From: a virus
Taxonomy: Duplodnaviria > Caudoviricetes
Strand: one strand, 5' to 3'
IMG/VR virus record: IMGVR_UViG_3300024232_000019
Coordinates: 1-47,756 of that record
Length of the DNA: 47,756 nt
The first letter of the stretch is position 1. Each line of letters begins with the position of its first letter. Positions 8,010 to 16,084 of the stretch are shown piece after piece. The translations under genes and the position numbers were made by a program. A model generated the notes under the pieces. The model had not been told where the DNA came from and did no database searches. It saw only the letters and a list, made by a program, of their open reading frames with translations.

Positions 8010-8348
8010 CTAGCGCTTGCGGCCGATGCCGTGCGCCCCGATCTCCACCTCGTAGCTTCCGTCGTCGGTCTTGCGGACGGACGAGAGCGCGTTGAAGTTG
8101 TCGAGCGTCATGTCGAGCGTCACATCGACGCCCTTCTCCTGGCCGCTCACCTTCGCCAGCCACATCGTCCTGACGTGTGGCTCGACCCGCTGACCGGCGA
8201 TGTGTTCGTGCGGCATGTTGAACGTGAGGATGTGGACGCCGTCCGGGTCGAGCGAGTCGAGGAACTCGTCCGGGAGGAGCCGGTTGAAGCCCCGCTTGAT
8301 TGAGTCCCTGCCGATCCGAACGAACTCGTCGGTGTAGGCGATCTTCAT
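8010..8348 (-). CDS. Hypothetical cassette protein
   Basis: Bounded by repeat units. Confidence 0.8.
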   Translation of the reverse strand: MKIAYTDEFVRIGRDSIKRGFNRLLPDEFLDSLDPDGVHILTFNMPHEHIAGQRVEPHVRTMWLAKVSGQEKGVDVTLDMTLDNFNALSSVRKTDDGSYEVEIGAHGIGRKR

Positions 8349-8429
8349 CTCTACCTCCTTCGTGGGTTCACTCCCCTCGCGGGGAGCCTGGAGCGGCAGG
8401 GAGTCCCGAAGGACTCCCCACCTCCCCTG

Positions 8430-9518
8430 CTACTTGACGGTCAGGGCGACCTTCTCCCAGGCCCGGTCGGTCATGTTGGCGACCTGCCAGCCGATGCCCT
8501 CCAGGTCGGCCTGCCGGTCGAAGCTCTCGACCGTCTGGGCCACCGCCGTGATGGCGTTGAGTGCGCCCCACTGGCCCTTGCCGATCCCGTTCGGGTCGGC
8601 GGCCAGCGACAGCATCACGGCCTCCTGCTCCTCGTCGGTGAGGCCGTACTCCGTCGCCAGCACCTTCGTGGCGGCGACGGGCGAGACGACCTGGACCTCC
8701 GAGAGGCCGTCGAGGCGGTCGCAGATCTCCGCGAACGTCGTCTCGGAGCAGGTGTGGCGAAGCGTGTCGCGGGCGGCGAGCCAGAAGGCCACGTCGTCGG
8801 CGGCGAGCGCCTCGTTCGACAGGATGCCCTCGCCCTCACGCTTGCCGACGTGGCGGGCGTTGAGCGCCTTGGTGGTGGTCATGCCGTTGGTGCAGACCAG
8901 GACGAGCATGAAGCCGCTGATCGTCAGCGACCCCGCGCCGATCTCGGAGTTCTTGATCTCGACGCCCCAGCGCACCGTGTCACCGACCTTCTTCACGTCC
9001 CGCTCGATGGCCGGGAACGTGGCCCGGATGTAGAGCTTCGACTCGGTGATCGCGGCCTGGTGGAACTCCACGTCGGTGCCGAGGTTGTCGAACTCCGGCA
9101 GCAGCGTCCGGGCGATCTCCATGTTGTCGAGCCGCCGGAACTTGTCGCTCATCCAGGCGCGGCCGGTCATGGGGCCGTCCGGGTTGGTGAGGCCGCGCAC
9201 CATGCGGGCCTTCGGGTCGGAGTACATCCAGTGGTGCAGGTTGGTCTTGAACAGGTCGGGCGCGTCGTCCCGCATGCGGTCGAAGTAGCGCTTGGGGATG
9301 CCCAGGTCGGTGCTGACCTGCCCGAGGGCGTAGTCGGTCATCACGTACTCGTCCATGCCCTCCAGCCCGTCGAGCAGGAGCCGGATGCTCAAGTCCTCGT
9401 CGCCCGTCTCGGGCGTGACGACGGACATCTTGCGCGTGTCCGCGATCACGTCGTGCTTGCGAGCGTCCTCCGCGACGATCCGCGCAAGAAGCTGCTCGAT
9501 GTTCTCCATCGTTCTCAT
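8430..9518 (-). CDS. DUF932-family phage/plasmid protein
   Basis: NSEIGAGSL...LVCTNGM...RH.G motif. Confidence 0.8.
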   Translation of the reverse strand: MRTMENIEQLLARIVAEDARKHDVIADTRKMSVVTPETGDEDLSIRLLLDGLEGMDEYVMTDYALGQVSTDLGIPKRYFDRMRDDAPDLFKTNLHHWMYSDPKARMVRGLTNPDGPMTGRAWMSDKFRRLDNMEIARTLLPEFDNLGTDVEFHQAAITESKLYIRATFPAIERDVKKVGDTVRWGVEIKNSEIGAGSLTISGFMLVLVCTNGMTTTKALNARHVGKREGEGILSNEALAADDVAFWLAARDTLRHTCSETTFAEICDRLDGLSEVQVVSPVAATKVLATEYGLTDEEQEAVMLSLAADPNGIGKGQWGALNAITAVAQTVESFDRQADLEGIGWQVANMTDRAWEKVALTVK

Positions 9519-9600
9519 GGTCTTCCTCCTTCATGGGTGATCCCAGCGAGTGCTGGGCCTGGAGGGAGCGTACCACCGTGACGGCGATACGCTCCTCCTC

Positions 9601-9897
9601 TCAGTCGTGCTCAAACGTGTCCGTGGTGTCGTAGGTGGTGATCCCGGCCTTCTTCATGTAGCGCTGGATCGCCTGGAAGTCACCGGCCTGCTGTTCGAAC
9701 AACTGCCGGGGCGTCAGCGGCATGGCCGGGTCGTGCGGCATCACGCTGGTGAGCGCCAGCGTCTTCTCGCCCATGCGGGTGAAGACCAGCCCGGAGCGCG
9801 GGACGCCCCAGACGCCGCCGACGCGGAGCGCGGTGAACATCGACCGCGACCACTCGACCCACTGCTCGTCGCTGCCGAGGCCGAAGGCGCCGCTCAC
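9601..9897 (-). CDS. Hypothetical protein (second gene of a two-gene cassette)
   Basis: GTGA overlap with 9894-10106. Confidence 0.7.
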   Translation of the reverse strand: MSGAFGLGSDEQWVEWSRSMFTALRVGGVWGVPRSGLVFTRMGEKTLALTSVMPHDPAMPLTPRQLFEQQAGDFQAIQRYMKKAGITTYDTTDTFEHD

Positions 9898-10106
9898 GAT
9901 GGCGCCTCGGCGTTGAGGATGATCTCGCCGTCCGCCTCGCTGTCGTCGGCGCCGTTCGTGCCGACCACCGCTGCCCCCGTGGGGACGAGCGCGATCTGGA
10001 CGAAGCCGACGAGGAGGTTCTGAGTCTGCTCGCGCACCTCGACCGTGATCGTCTGCTTGTCGTCGCGGCTGACCGTCCAGGCCAGCGTTCCGGTTGCAAT
10101 GCTCAT
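9894..10106 (-). CDS. Hypothetical cassette protein
   Basis: Starts after a repeat-unit RBS. Confidence 0.75.
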   Translation of the reverse strand: MSIATGTLAWTVSRDDKQTITVEVREQTQNLLVGFVQIALVPTGAAVVGTNGADDSEADGEIILNAEAPS

Positions 10107-10178
10107 GCCGTACCTCCTTCGTGGGTGAACCCGGGCGGTGCCCGGGCCTGGAGGGCGGAGCCGAAGCCCCGCCTCCCC

Positions 10179-10352
10179 TTAGCGCTTGCCCTGGTCGAAG
10201 CAGTCGATGCAGAGAAGCTTGCTGCGCCGCTTGCCCCGGCAGGGCTTCATCTCCCCGCAGCCCGCGCAGGCCGTGGTCATGGCCCACTCGCTGCCCCAGG
10301 TCTTCCAGGCGGCGAGCGCCGCCAACTCCAGGGCCGTCAGCTTCTCGGCCAT
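10179..10352 (-). CDS. Small Cys-rich protein
   Basis: TGATG coupling; CAGC...CIDC. Confidence 0.65.
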   Translation of the reverse strand: MAEKLTALELAALAAWKTWGSEWAMTTACAGCGEMKPCRGKRRSKLLCIDCFDQGKR

Positions 10353-10693
10353 CAGTGCCGCCCGTGCTCGTCGGTGGGCGTGGCCTCGACGCTGGAGCGG
10401 GTGTAGCCGACGCTGCCGTTGATCGACCACCCGAACGGGCCGTAGAAGACCGCGAGCAGGATGGCGTAGAGCGGCAGGATGACGAACACCGCCACGCTGT
10501 TGCCGACCATCCAGGTCGTCACGACAGCCGCCGCGTAGGCGACCACCAGGAGAACGAGCGCGGCCACGAACCGGCGGTTGCGATGGCCGGTGGGGTCTTG
10601 ACACTGACGGCAATACCAGCCGCCGGTACAGGCATCGAGACGGCGAAGATTGCCGCACCAGTCGCAGTGTCCACGCTTGTTGATGTTGGACAA
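10352..10693 (-). CDS. Zn-finger plus two-TM membrane protein (TTG start)
   Basis: CDWC...CRQC, two hydrophobic segments, repeat-unit RBS. Confidence 0.7.
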   Translation of the reverse strand: MSNINKRGHCDWCGNLRRLDACTGGWYCRQCQDPTGHRNRRFVAALVLLVVAYAAAVVTTWMVGNSVAVFVILPLYAILLAVFYGPFGWSINGSVGYTRSSVEATPTDEHGRH

Positions 10694-10765
10694 AGTGGTA
10701 CCTCCTTCGTGGGTGTGACCCAGGTTCCCTGGGCCTGGAGGGGGCGCTCGCGAGCGCCCCTCCCC

Positions 10766-10960
10766 TCAGGTGGTCGGTCCCACTTCCTCGATGACGACCG
10801 GGGCGATGTGCGAGCCAAGCTCGGCCAGCATCTCGGCCACCTCGACGGCGATCTGCTCCGGTGTCCAGCCGCGCACGATGCTGCGGGCCACCGTCTTGCC
10901 CCAGAGGCCGTATTCGCCCTGGGCGCCGTAGTCGCGATACTCGATCTCGATCACGGTCAT
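10766..10960 (-). CDS. Hypothetical cassette protein
   Basis: Bounded by repeat units. Confidence 0.8.
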   Translation of the reverse strand: MTVIEIEYRDYGAQGEYGLWGKTVARSIVRGWTPEQIAVEVAEMLAELGSHIAPVVIEEVGPTT

Positions 10961-11030
10961 GGTCTTCCTCCTTCGTGGGTGAACCCTCCCGTCGGGAGGG
11001 CCTGGAGGGGGCGCCTGAGCGCCCTCCCTC

Positions 11031-11213
11031 TTAGGTGTTCAGCGACATCAGGACATCGCTGAGCAGGATGGCCTCGGTGCGGGCCTCGGAGCGCAGCTTC
11101 ACGTCGGTCGAACTGTCCTTCGCCACCGACTCGGCGTTGGACTTGGCGAACTCGACGGCCTTGCGAAGAGCATCGAACTGCGTGGGCGGGAGTGAGATGG
11201 TGATCTTCGTCAT
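11031..11213 (-). CDS. Hypothetical cassette protein (RHH-like N-terminus)
   Basis: KITISLPPTQFDAL; bounded by repeat units. Confidence 0.75.
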   Translation of the reverse strand: MTKITISLPPTQFDALRKAVEFAKSNAESVAKDSSTDVKLRSEARTEAILLSDVLMSLNT

Positions 11214-11280
11214 GGTCTACCTCCTTCGTGGGTGTGACCCTCCAGCGGAGGGCCTGGAGGAGGGGCCGAAGCCCCCTCCC

Positions 11281-11568
11281 CTACGAGCCGACGTTGTAGC
11301 GCCGGACGCGGTTGTCGTAGTAGTCGTTGCGCTTCACGTCGGCGGGGGTCTGCGACCCCTTGCCGCCGCAGCGGAAGCAGGTGCCGGTGAAGCCCTGGAA
11401 GACGCCGTTGACGACGCTGCCACGGCCGTAGTAGACGCCGTCGCCCCGGCAGCCGTCGCAGTCGACGTTGCCCTCGGGCATGTCCTTGACCGGCGCCCAG
11501 GTGGAGGCCGGGTCGTTGGCGGGGTTGGCGACGTGCGCGGCGGTGAAGCTCTCGGGCAGGAAGCTCAT
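11281..11568 (-). CDS. DnaJ-type zinc-finger protein
   Basis: CDGCRGDG...CFRCGGKG. Confidence 0.8.
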   Translation of the reverse strand: MSFLPESFTAAHVANPANDPASTWAPVKDMPEGNVDCDGCRGDGVYYGRGSVVNGVFQGFTGTCFRCGGKGSQTPADVKRNDYYDNRVRRYNVGS

Positions 11569-11745
11569 GGTGATCTCCTTCGTGGGTGTGGGTGAGGTCG
11601 GCCCCAGGGGCAGGGAGGCGGGACGAGTCCGGCGCGGCGCCTGGGCATAGCGCAACAGAGCGTTACCCGTTGGCGGTGCGACCCGGAGCGTCGAACGTGG
11701 CCTCCCTCCCCTGGGTGCCTGGAGGGCCTCGCGGCCCCCCTCCTC

Positions 11746-12165
11746 TTACGCCGTGACCGGCGCCGTGCTGCGCTCGTAGATGCGCTTGCTGTCGTCCAGG
11801 AAGCTGGCGGCGTGGCGCTTCAGGAAGCTCGCACGGCTCTCGATCTTGAAGCTGGCGTTCGTGTACAGGCCGACGTGGGCGGCCACGTCCTCGGCCGTGA
11901 TCGGCCGGGGGTCGCCCTGGCCGGTCATCAGCGAGGCCCCGTGCAGCTTCTCGACCAGGCTGATGCGGGCGTACACCTCGGCGGCGTTCTCCTCGGTGAT
12001 CGTTCCGATGCCGGTCGAGAGCGAGTGCCAGATCAGCGCCGAGGTGGCCGGGTTGAGCACCCTGTCGCCCTTCGTGATGCCCTGCGTGGGCGCGTCCTCG
12101 GTCGCCGTGAGGAAGCACACCTCGGCGCCGTTCTTCACGTTCTTGGTGTCCCAGTTGAGACTCAT
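11746..12165 (-). CDS. Hypothetical cassette protein
   Basis: Bounded by repeat units. Confidence 0.8.
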   Translation of the reverse strand: MSLNWDTKNVKNGAEVCFLTATEDAPTQGITKGDRVLNPATSALIWHSLSTGIGTITEENAAEVYARISLVEKLHGASLMTGQGDPRPITAEDVAAHVGLYTNASFKIESRASFLKRHAASFLDDSKRIYERSTAPVTA

Positions 12166-12239
12166 CTTCGATCCTCCTTCGTGGGTGTGACCCGGGGTGT
12201 CCCCGGGCCTGGAGCGGGGGCCTTCGCGGCCCCCCTCCC

Positions 12240-12467
12240 CTAGCGGCCGAAGCTCGCGGCTCCGACCATCGACTGCGCGGCGGCGACCAGCGCCGCCACG
12301 CTCTCCTCGGGCAGCGCGAGCAGCGTCTGGGCCTGAGGGACGAGCGCGGCGAGCGGAGTGCCCTCGGCGTGCTCGATGATGCGCTGAAGCTCCGCGTGGA
12401 ACGTGCCCTCGGCCTCGTCGTCGCAGACGCTGAAGTCCGGGTACTCGGGGGTGTCGTAGTTGCTCAT
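12240..12467 (-). CDS. Hypothetical acidic cassette protein
   Basis: Bounded by repeat units. Confidence 0.8.
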   Translation of the reverse strand: MSNYDTPEYPDFSVCDDEAEGTFHAELQRIIEHAEGTPLAALVPQAQTLLALPEESVAALVAAAQSMVGAASFGR

Positions 12468-12536
12468 GTCTTCCTCCTTCGTGGGTGGTGTCCCGGGTGA
12501 ATCCCGGGGCCTGGAGGGGCGCCGCAGCGCCCTCCT

Positions 12537-12776
12537 CTAGGTGATGGGGTTGGAGCGCGAGAGGTCGATCCCGACCATCATCGCGTACAGGAAGTCGGCC
12601 ACCTCGCGCTTCGTGCCGACCGTGATCGTGCGGATGCAGGCCGCGCCCTGGTACTCGTCCAGGGCGACGTAGCCGTTGCGCTGCTGGGCCTGGACGTGGC
12701 GCCCCGTGCTCACGATCCGCCGGTTCAGGTTGATGGCCCGCTCGCGGACATCGGTGATGGTGATGCGTTCAGACAT
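12537..12776 (-). CDS. Hypothetical cassette protein
   Basis: Bounded by repeat units. Confidence 0.8.
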   Translation of the reverse strand: MSERITITDVRERAINLNRRIVSTGRHVQAQQRNGYVALDEYQGAACIRTITVGTKREVADFLYAMMVGIDLSRSNPIT

Positions 12777-12833
12777 GGCTTCTCCTTCGTGGGTGGGTAC
12801 TGGAGCGGGGCCGGTGTGGCCCCTCCCCTGGCT

Positions 12834-13037
12834 CTAGGCAGCAGGCGTCTCGATCTTCACGACCTTGACGCTGGTGTAGTCGCTGTACTCGGCCAGCAGC
12901 TTGTCGCGGTAGGCCGCCGCGTCGGTGACGGTCTTGAAGCCGCCGTGCAGTTCAACGAACGGGTTGGCCGAGTGGGCCTCGACGCCGTAGCAGTAGCCGC
13001 CCTGGGGCAGCAGGATGCAAGGGAACTCGCGATGCAT
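12834..13037 (-). CDS. Hypothetical cassette protein
   Basis: Bounded by repeat units. Confidence 0.8.
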   Translation of the reverse strand: MHREFPCILLPQGGYCYGVEAHSANPFVELHGGFKTVTDAAAYRDKLLAEYSDYTSVKVVKIETPAA

Positions 13038-13109
13038 GGTCTGTCTCCTTCGTGGGTGTCGGCCCCTCGGTGTGAGGGGGCCTGGAGGGGCGCGTCGGCG
13101 CCCTCCCGG

Positions 13110-13391
13110 CTAGAGCAGCCCGCTGAGCAGTGGGCCGTCGTAGCTCATCTCGATGTTGCCGAGGTCGATCCAGCGCTGGAGGTTGAGGTCCCAGCGGGAG
13201 AGCTTGGAGTCGCCGTAGTAGGAGTCGCAGGCGAGGCGGTGCGTGGCGGCGCTCAGGGAGCCGCTCGGGGTGGAGATGACCCGCTCGTAGACGCGGATGA
13301 AGTAGGGCGAACCGTCGTGCTTGCTGGCCGTCTCGGGCTGCGCGTTGCGCCAGAGCTTGCTGGCGAAGACGCGGGATTCTGCCTTGGTCAT
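13110..13391 (-). CDS. Hypothetical cassette protein
   Basis: Bounded by repeat units. Confidence 0.8.
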   Translation of the reverse strand: MTKAESRVFASKLWRNAQPETASKHDGSPYFIRVYERVISTPSGSLSAATHRLACDSYYGDSKLSRWDLNLQRWIDLGNIEMSYDGPLLSGLL

Positions 13392-13460
13392 GGTGTGCTC
13401 CTTCGTGGGTGTGTCTCCCTCGACTGAGGGAGCCTGGAGAGGGGGCCGAAGCCCCCCTCC

Positions 13461-13727
13461 TCAGACCGCGTAGGAGTAGCCGACCTGGCTGTTCTCGTCG
13501 CGGACGATGCGCTTGGTGTCGGGGGAGATCCTCAGGTCGAGGATGACGACCTCGATCCGGTCGTAGTTGCGGTCTTCCTTGGCGAGGTCGTGGGCGTAGG
13601 TGTTGGCCGCGTTCTCACCGTTGAAGGGGCCGTGGATCTCGATGCTGCCGAACGGCTTGACGGCCTCGACCGCGTACACGTCGCCCGTGTGCAGGTTGCC
13701 GATGGTGAAGAGTTCCTTGCGCTGCAT
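13461..13727 (-). CDS. Hypothetical cassette protein
   Basis: MQRKELF start after a repeat-unit RBS. Confidence 0.8.
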   Translation of the reverse strand: MQRKELFTIGNLHTGDVYAVEAVKPFGSIEIHGPFNGENAANTYAHDLAKEDRNYDRIEVVILDLRISPDTKRIVRDENSQVGYSYAV

Positions 13728-13798
13728 GGTGCCTCCTTCGTGGGTGAGTCCCCTCGCGTGAGGGGCCTGGAGAAGGGGGCCGAAGCCCCCCTCCTCTT

Positions 13799-14344
13799 CT
13801 ACGCCTCGGTGGCGGTGTTCGTGACGGTGGCGGTGAGGGCGTCGATGCCCTCCTGGCAGGCCCGTGCGGCGGCCTGGGCGACCCGTGCGTTCTCCTGGGC
13901 GGCGAGCGAGGCGGCCTTCGCCTGCTCGGCCGTCTCGGTCAGGCCCTTGATGTGGGCCAGCAGGAAGTCGAGCGCCTCGACGGCGTCCTCGTCGGCCGCG
14001 TTGTCGACCAGGGCCGAGAGGATCTCGACGGCGCGGTCGAACGTCATCGGCTCCTCGATCTTCTCGACCGAGATGCTCACGCTGCTGACGAGCCAGGTGG
14101 TGCCGTTGTAGTCCTCGACCTCCATGCTGTCGTAGACGACATCTCTGGCCGAGTCCTCGGCCGCGTCCTCGTCCTCGGCCTCGATCACGTAGTTGATCTC
14201 GCCGCCGTCGCACTCGACTTCGTTGCTGGAGAAGTACGAGTTGTCGATGAAGTCCTCGGCGCCCTCGGGCGTGTCGAAGCGGATGCCGTCGCACTCGACG
14301 CTGGTCGAGAGCGAGAACTCGATGGTGACCTGGAACTTGCTCAT
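13799..14344 (-). CDS. Highly acidic protein, first gene of the accessory operon
   Basis: About 40 D/E vs about 9 K/R in 181 aa (hand count). Confidence 0.8.
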   Translation of the reverse strand: MSKFQVTIEFSLSTSVECDGIRFDTPEGAEDFIDNSYFSSNEVECDGGEINYVIEAEDEDAAEDSARDVVYDSMEVEDYNGTTWLVSSVSISVEKIEEPMTFDRAVEILSALVDNAADEDAVEALDFLLAHIKGLTETAEQAKAASLAAQENARVAQAAARACQEGIDALTATVTNTATEA

Positions 14345-14390
14345 GGTGTTCCTCCTTCGTGGGTGTGATCGCCAGAGTGGCGACCTGGGG

Positions 14391-14830
14391 ACGGAGGAGA
14401 AGCTCACCGAGGCCCATGCGGCCCCGGCTTCCCCCGCTCTTCGGCCCTGTAACCCGTCGTTGGATCCGCCCCAGGGCCAGACGACGCGATGGGCTGCGTC
14501 GAATCCGGTGTCCCGGTCATCAGAGGCTAAGGCGGACGACGTGTGAAGGAGGAGGTAGTTGCCCGGCTCGCATTGGCCGGGAGGCTCTCATCGACCCCGT
14601 AGGACGCAGCGCCTACCCCGACCTCGGTCGGACGCGGCTCAACACCGCTTCGGCGCCACGCCCCCCGCAGGGGGAGGCTGGCATGTAGGCGGGTACTCGG
14701 CTGGCGGACTTCGCGGGCCTTTCCTCCGGCTTCCCCGGGAGCAGAGCGCCCTTCACGTTGGGCGGTGCTTCCCGGCTGGCAGGGGCCACGTTACCGACAC
14801 GGCGGCACACCGCAAGGGTGAAACGGAGTG
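14391..14830 (-). ncRNA. Putative long structured leader RNA
   Basis: No credible ORF; dense run of hairpins upstream of the first cassette. Confidence 0.4.
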
Positions 14831-14921
14831 ACGGAGAACAAGAATGTCGCAATTTGCGGGTTTTTCGTGTTTGGGCCTGCTGGCTGGCGCCCGTCTGCTG
14901 CGGGGCGTAGAATCGGCTCCA

Positions 14922-15476
14922 GTGGCCGATTTGACGATCATCGAGGGCGGCCGGGGCTGGCATCCGTCGGTGGATCAGTCGGCGGAGGATCCGGCGCTGC
15001 GGCCGGACGGGAAGCGCCAGTGCGTGGACGTGAAGCAGGGCGGCGGCCGGTGCGGCGCCTACGCGGTCACGGGCCTTGCTCGCTGCGCCTTCCATGCGGG
15101 CATGGCCGACCCCGCAGTCGGGGGGCGAGCGAAGGGCGCGGCGATCCGGGCGAGCAAGGAGCGTGCCCGCGAGCTTGACGCGATCTCGCGCCTGGGGACG
15201 AGGGCCATCGTCGCCCAGGTGTTCACGGAGCGGGCGAGCGACGTGCGCAGCGTGGTGGGGGCGATCCTGGACGATGCGCTCGACCTGGACGCACCGGCGG
15301 CGACACGCAGGGCGGCGAGGACGGCGCTGCTGCCCTGGCTCGATCAGGCGCTCGGGCGCCCGAAGGAGAGCGTGGAGGTGACGCTGCCCGGGAGCGTGGA
15401 GGAGATCGAGGGCATGGAGTACACGGCGCTGCTGGCCGCCAGGGACGCCCTGCGCCAGGCCGCCGGGGGCGCCTGA
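14922..15476 (+). CDS. Probable terminase small subunit
   Basis: C...GGRC...RCAFHAG zinc motif then a helical region; TAGAAT at 14908-14913 precedes the GTG; first gene of the rightward arm. Confidence 0.5.
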   Translation: MADLTIIEGGRGWHPSVDQSAEDPALRPDGKRQCVDVKQGGGRCGAYAVTGLARCAFHAGMADPAVGGRAKGAAIRASKERARELDAISRLGTRAIVAQVFTERASDVRSVVGAILDDALDLDAPAATRRAARTALLPWLDQALGRPKESVEVTLPGSVEEIEGMEYTALLAARDALRQAAGGA

Positions 15477-15880
15477 CGAACCCCCTCGGGGCGCCTTCCT
15501 GCGCTTGGGCACGAAGCCAGTAGAGGGTCGGAGCCTGAAGCCAAACCGGACAGGCGGAGCAGGGCGTACAGACAGGCTGGGGTGAGGCGTGGGGTGGCGC
15601 CCGGGCCACGCTCGGGGCAGCGGGTCAGGCCCAGCCTCGGGGGTGCTGCACAGGGCCGATCCTGCCCTCCCCACACGCCTCCGCAGCGCCCCGCAGACAG
15701 CCTCGTAGATGGCTCAACAGAGCCAAACGAGGCCGTTCTGGCCGACCTCGATCCGGCCAGGCCGGACAGCCCGATCCGCAGGGCGAGCGCGAGCCGGGTA
15801 CCACCCCCCCGGCGCGTGGCGCGGGGCGGCTGCGCCCGTGTCCCGCACCCCACCCCCACACGAAAATGCCCCCACCATCA

Positions 15881-15915
15881 TGCCGTCATGCCATGTGCCA
15901 TACTGCCGTCATGCC
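15881..15915 (+). promoter_or_regulatory. Extended -10 (TGcCATACT) overlapped by periodic TGCC repeats, putative operator
   Basis: TGCCGTCATGCC twice; TGCC at 15881, 15889, 15896, 15904, 15912. Confidence 0.55.
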
Positions 15916-16084
15916 GACTGAGAGTGGGGTGGCGAAGGTGACGGTTCGGATCCCCCCGGATCTGCACCGTCGCTTGCGTCAGGTCGTGTTCGACCAGGAC
16001 ACGTCGATCCAGGCGGAGGTGGCGAATCTGATCGTCATGTATGTGGAGCACCATGAGGGGCAGAAGGTGGTGAAGCATGGGTGA
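15911..16084 (+). CDS. Arc-like ribbon-helix-helix regulator
   Basis: KVTVRIPPDLHRRLRQ...TSIQAEV. Confidence 0.75.
   Translation: MPTESGVAKVTVRIPPDLHRRLRQVVFDQDTSIQAEVANLIVMYVEHHEGQKVVKHG

Larger units (their letters stand above)
7930..14390 (-). repeat. Array of structured intergenic repeat units: 7930-8009, 8349-8429, 9519-9600, 10107-10178, 10694-10765, 10961-11030, 11214-11280, 11569-11745, 12166-12239, 12468-12536, 12777-12833, 13038-13109, 13392-13460, 13728-13798, leader copy 14345-14390 (plus truncated copy 6586-6599)
   Basis: Plus strand CTCCTTCRTGGGT, hairpin, (C)CTGGAG, hairpin in each intergenic gap. Confidence 0.95.

Noticed and set aside
11214-11280. Repeat unit as an HDV-like ribozyme (CGAA followed by GGAG)
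   Set aside because: The nested P1/P3/P1.1 pseudoknot cannot be built
7930-14390. Repeat array as a CRISPR array or classical integron
   Set aside because: The intervals are 180-1100 bp genes, the repeats vary in their stems, and there is no cas operon, intI or attC-type ends
14476-14527. Canonical hammerhead ribozyme
   Set aside because: GAAA is replaced by AUUC and the stem I junction is mismatched; kept only as a low-confidence resemblance
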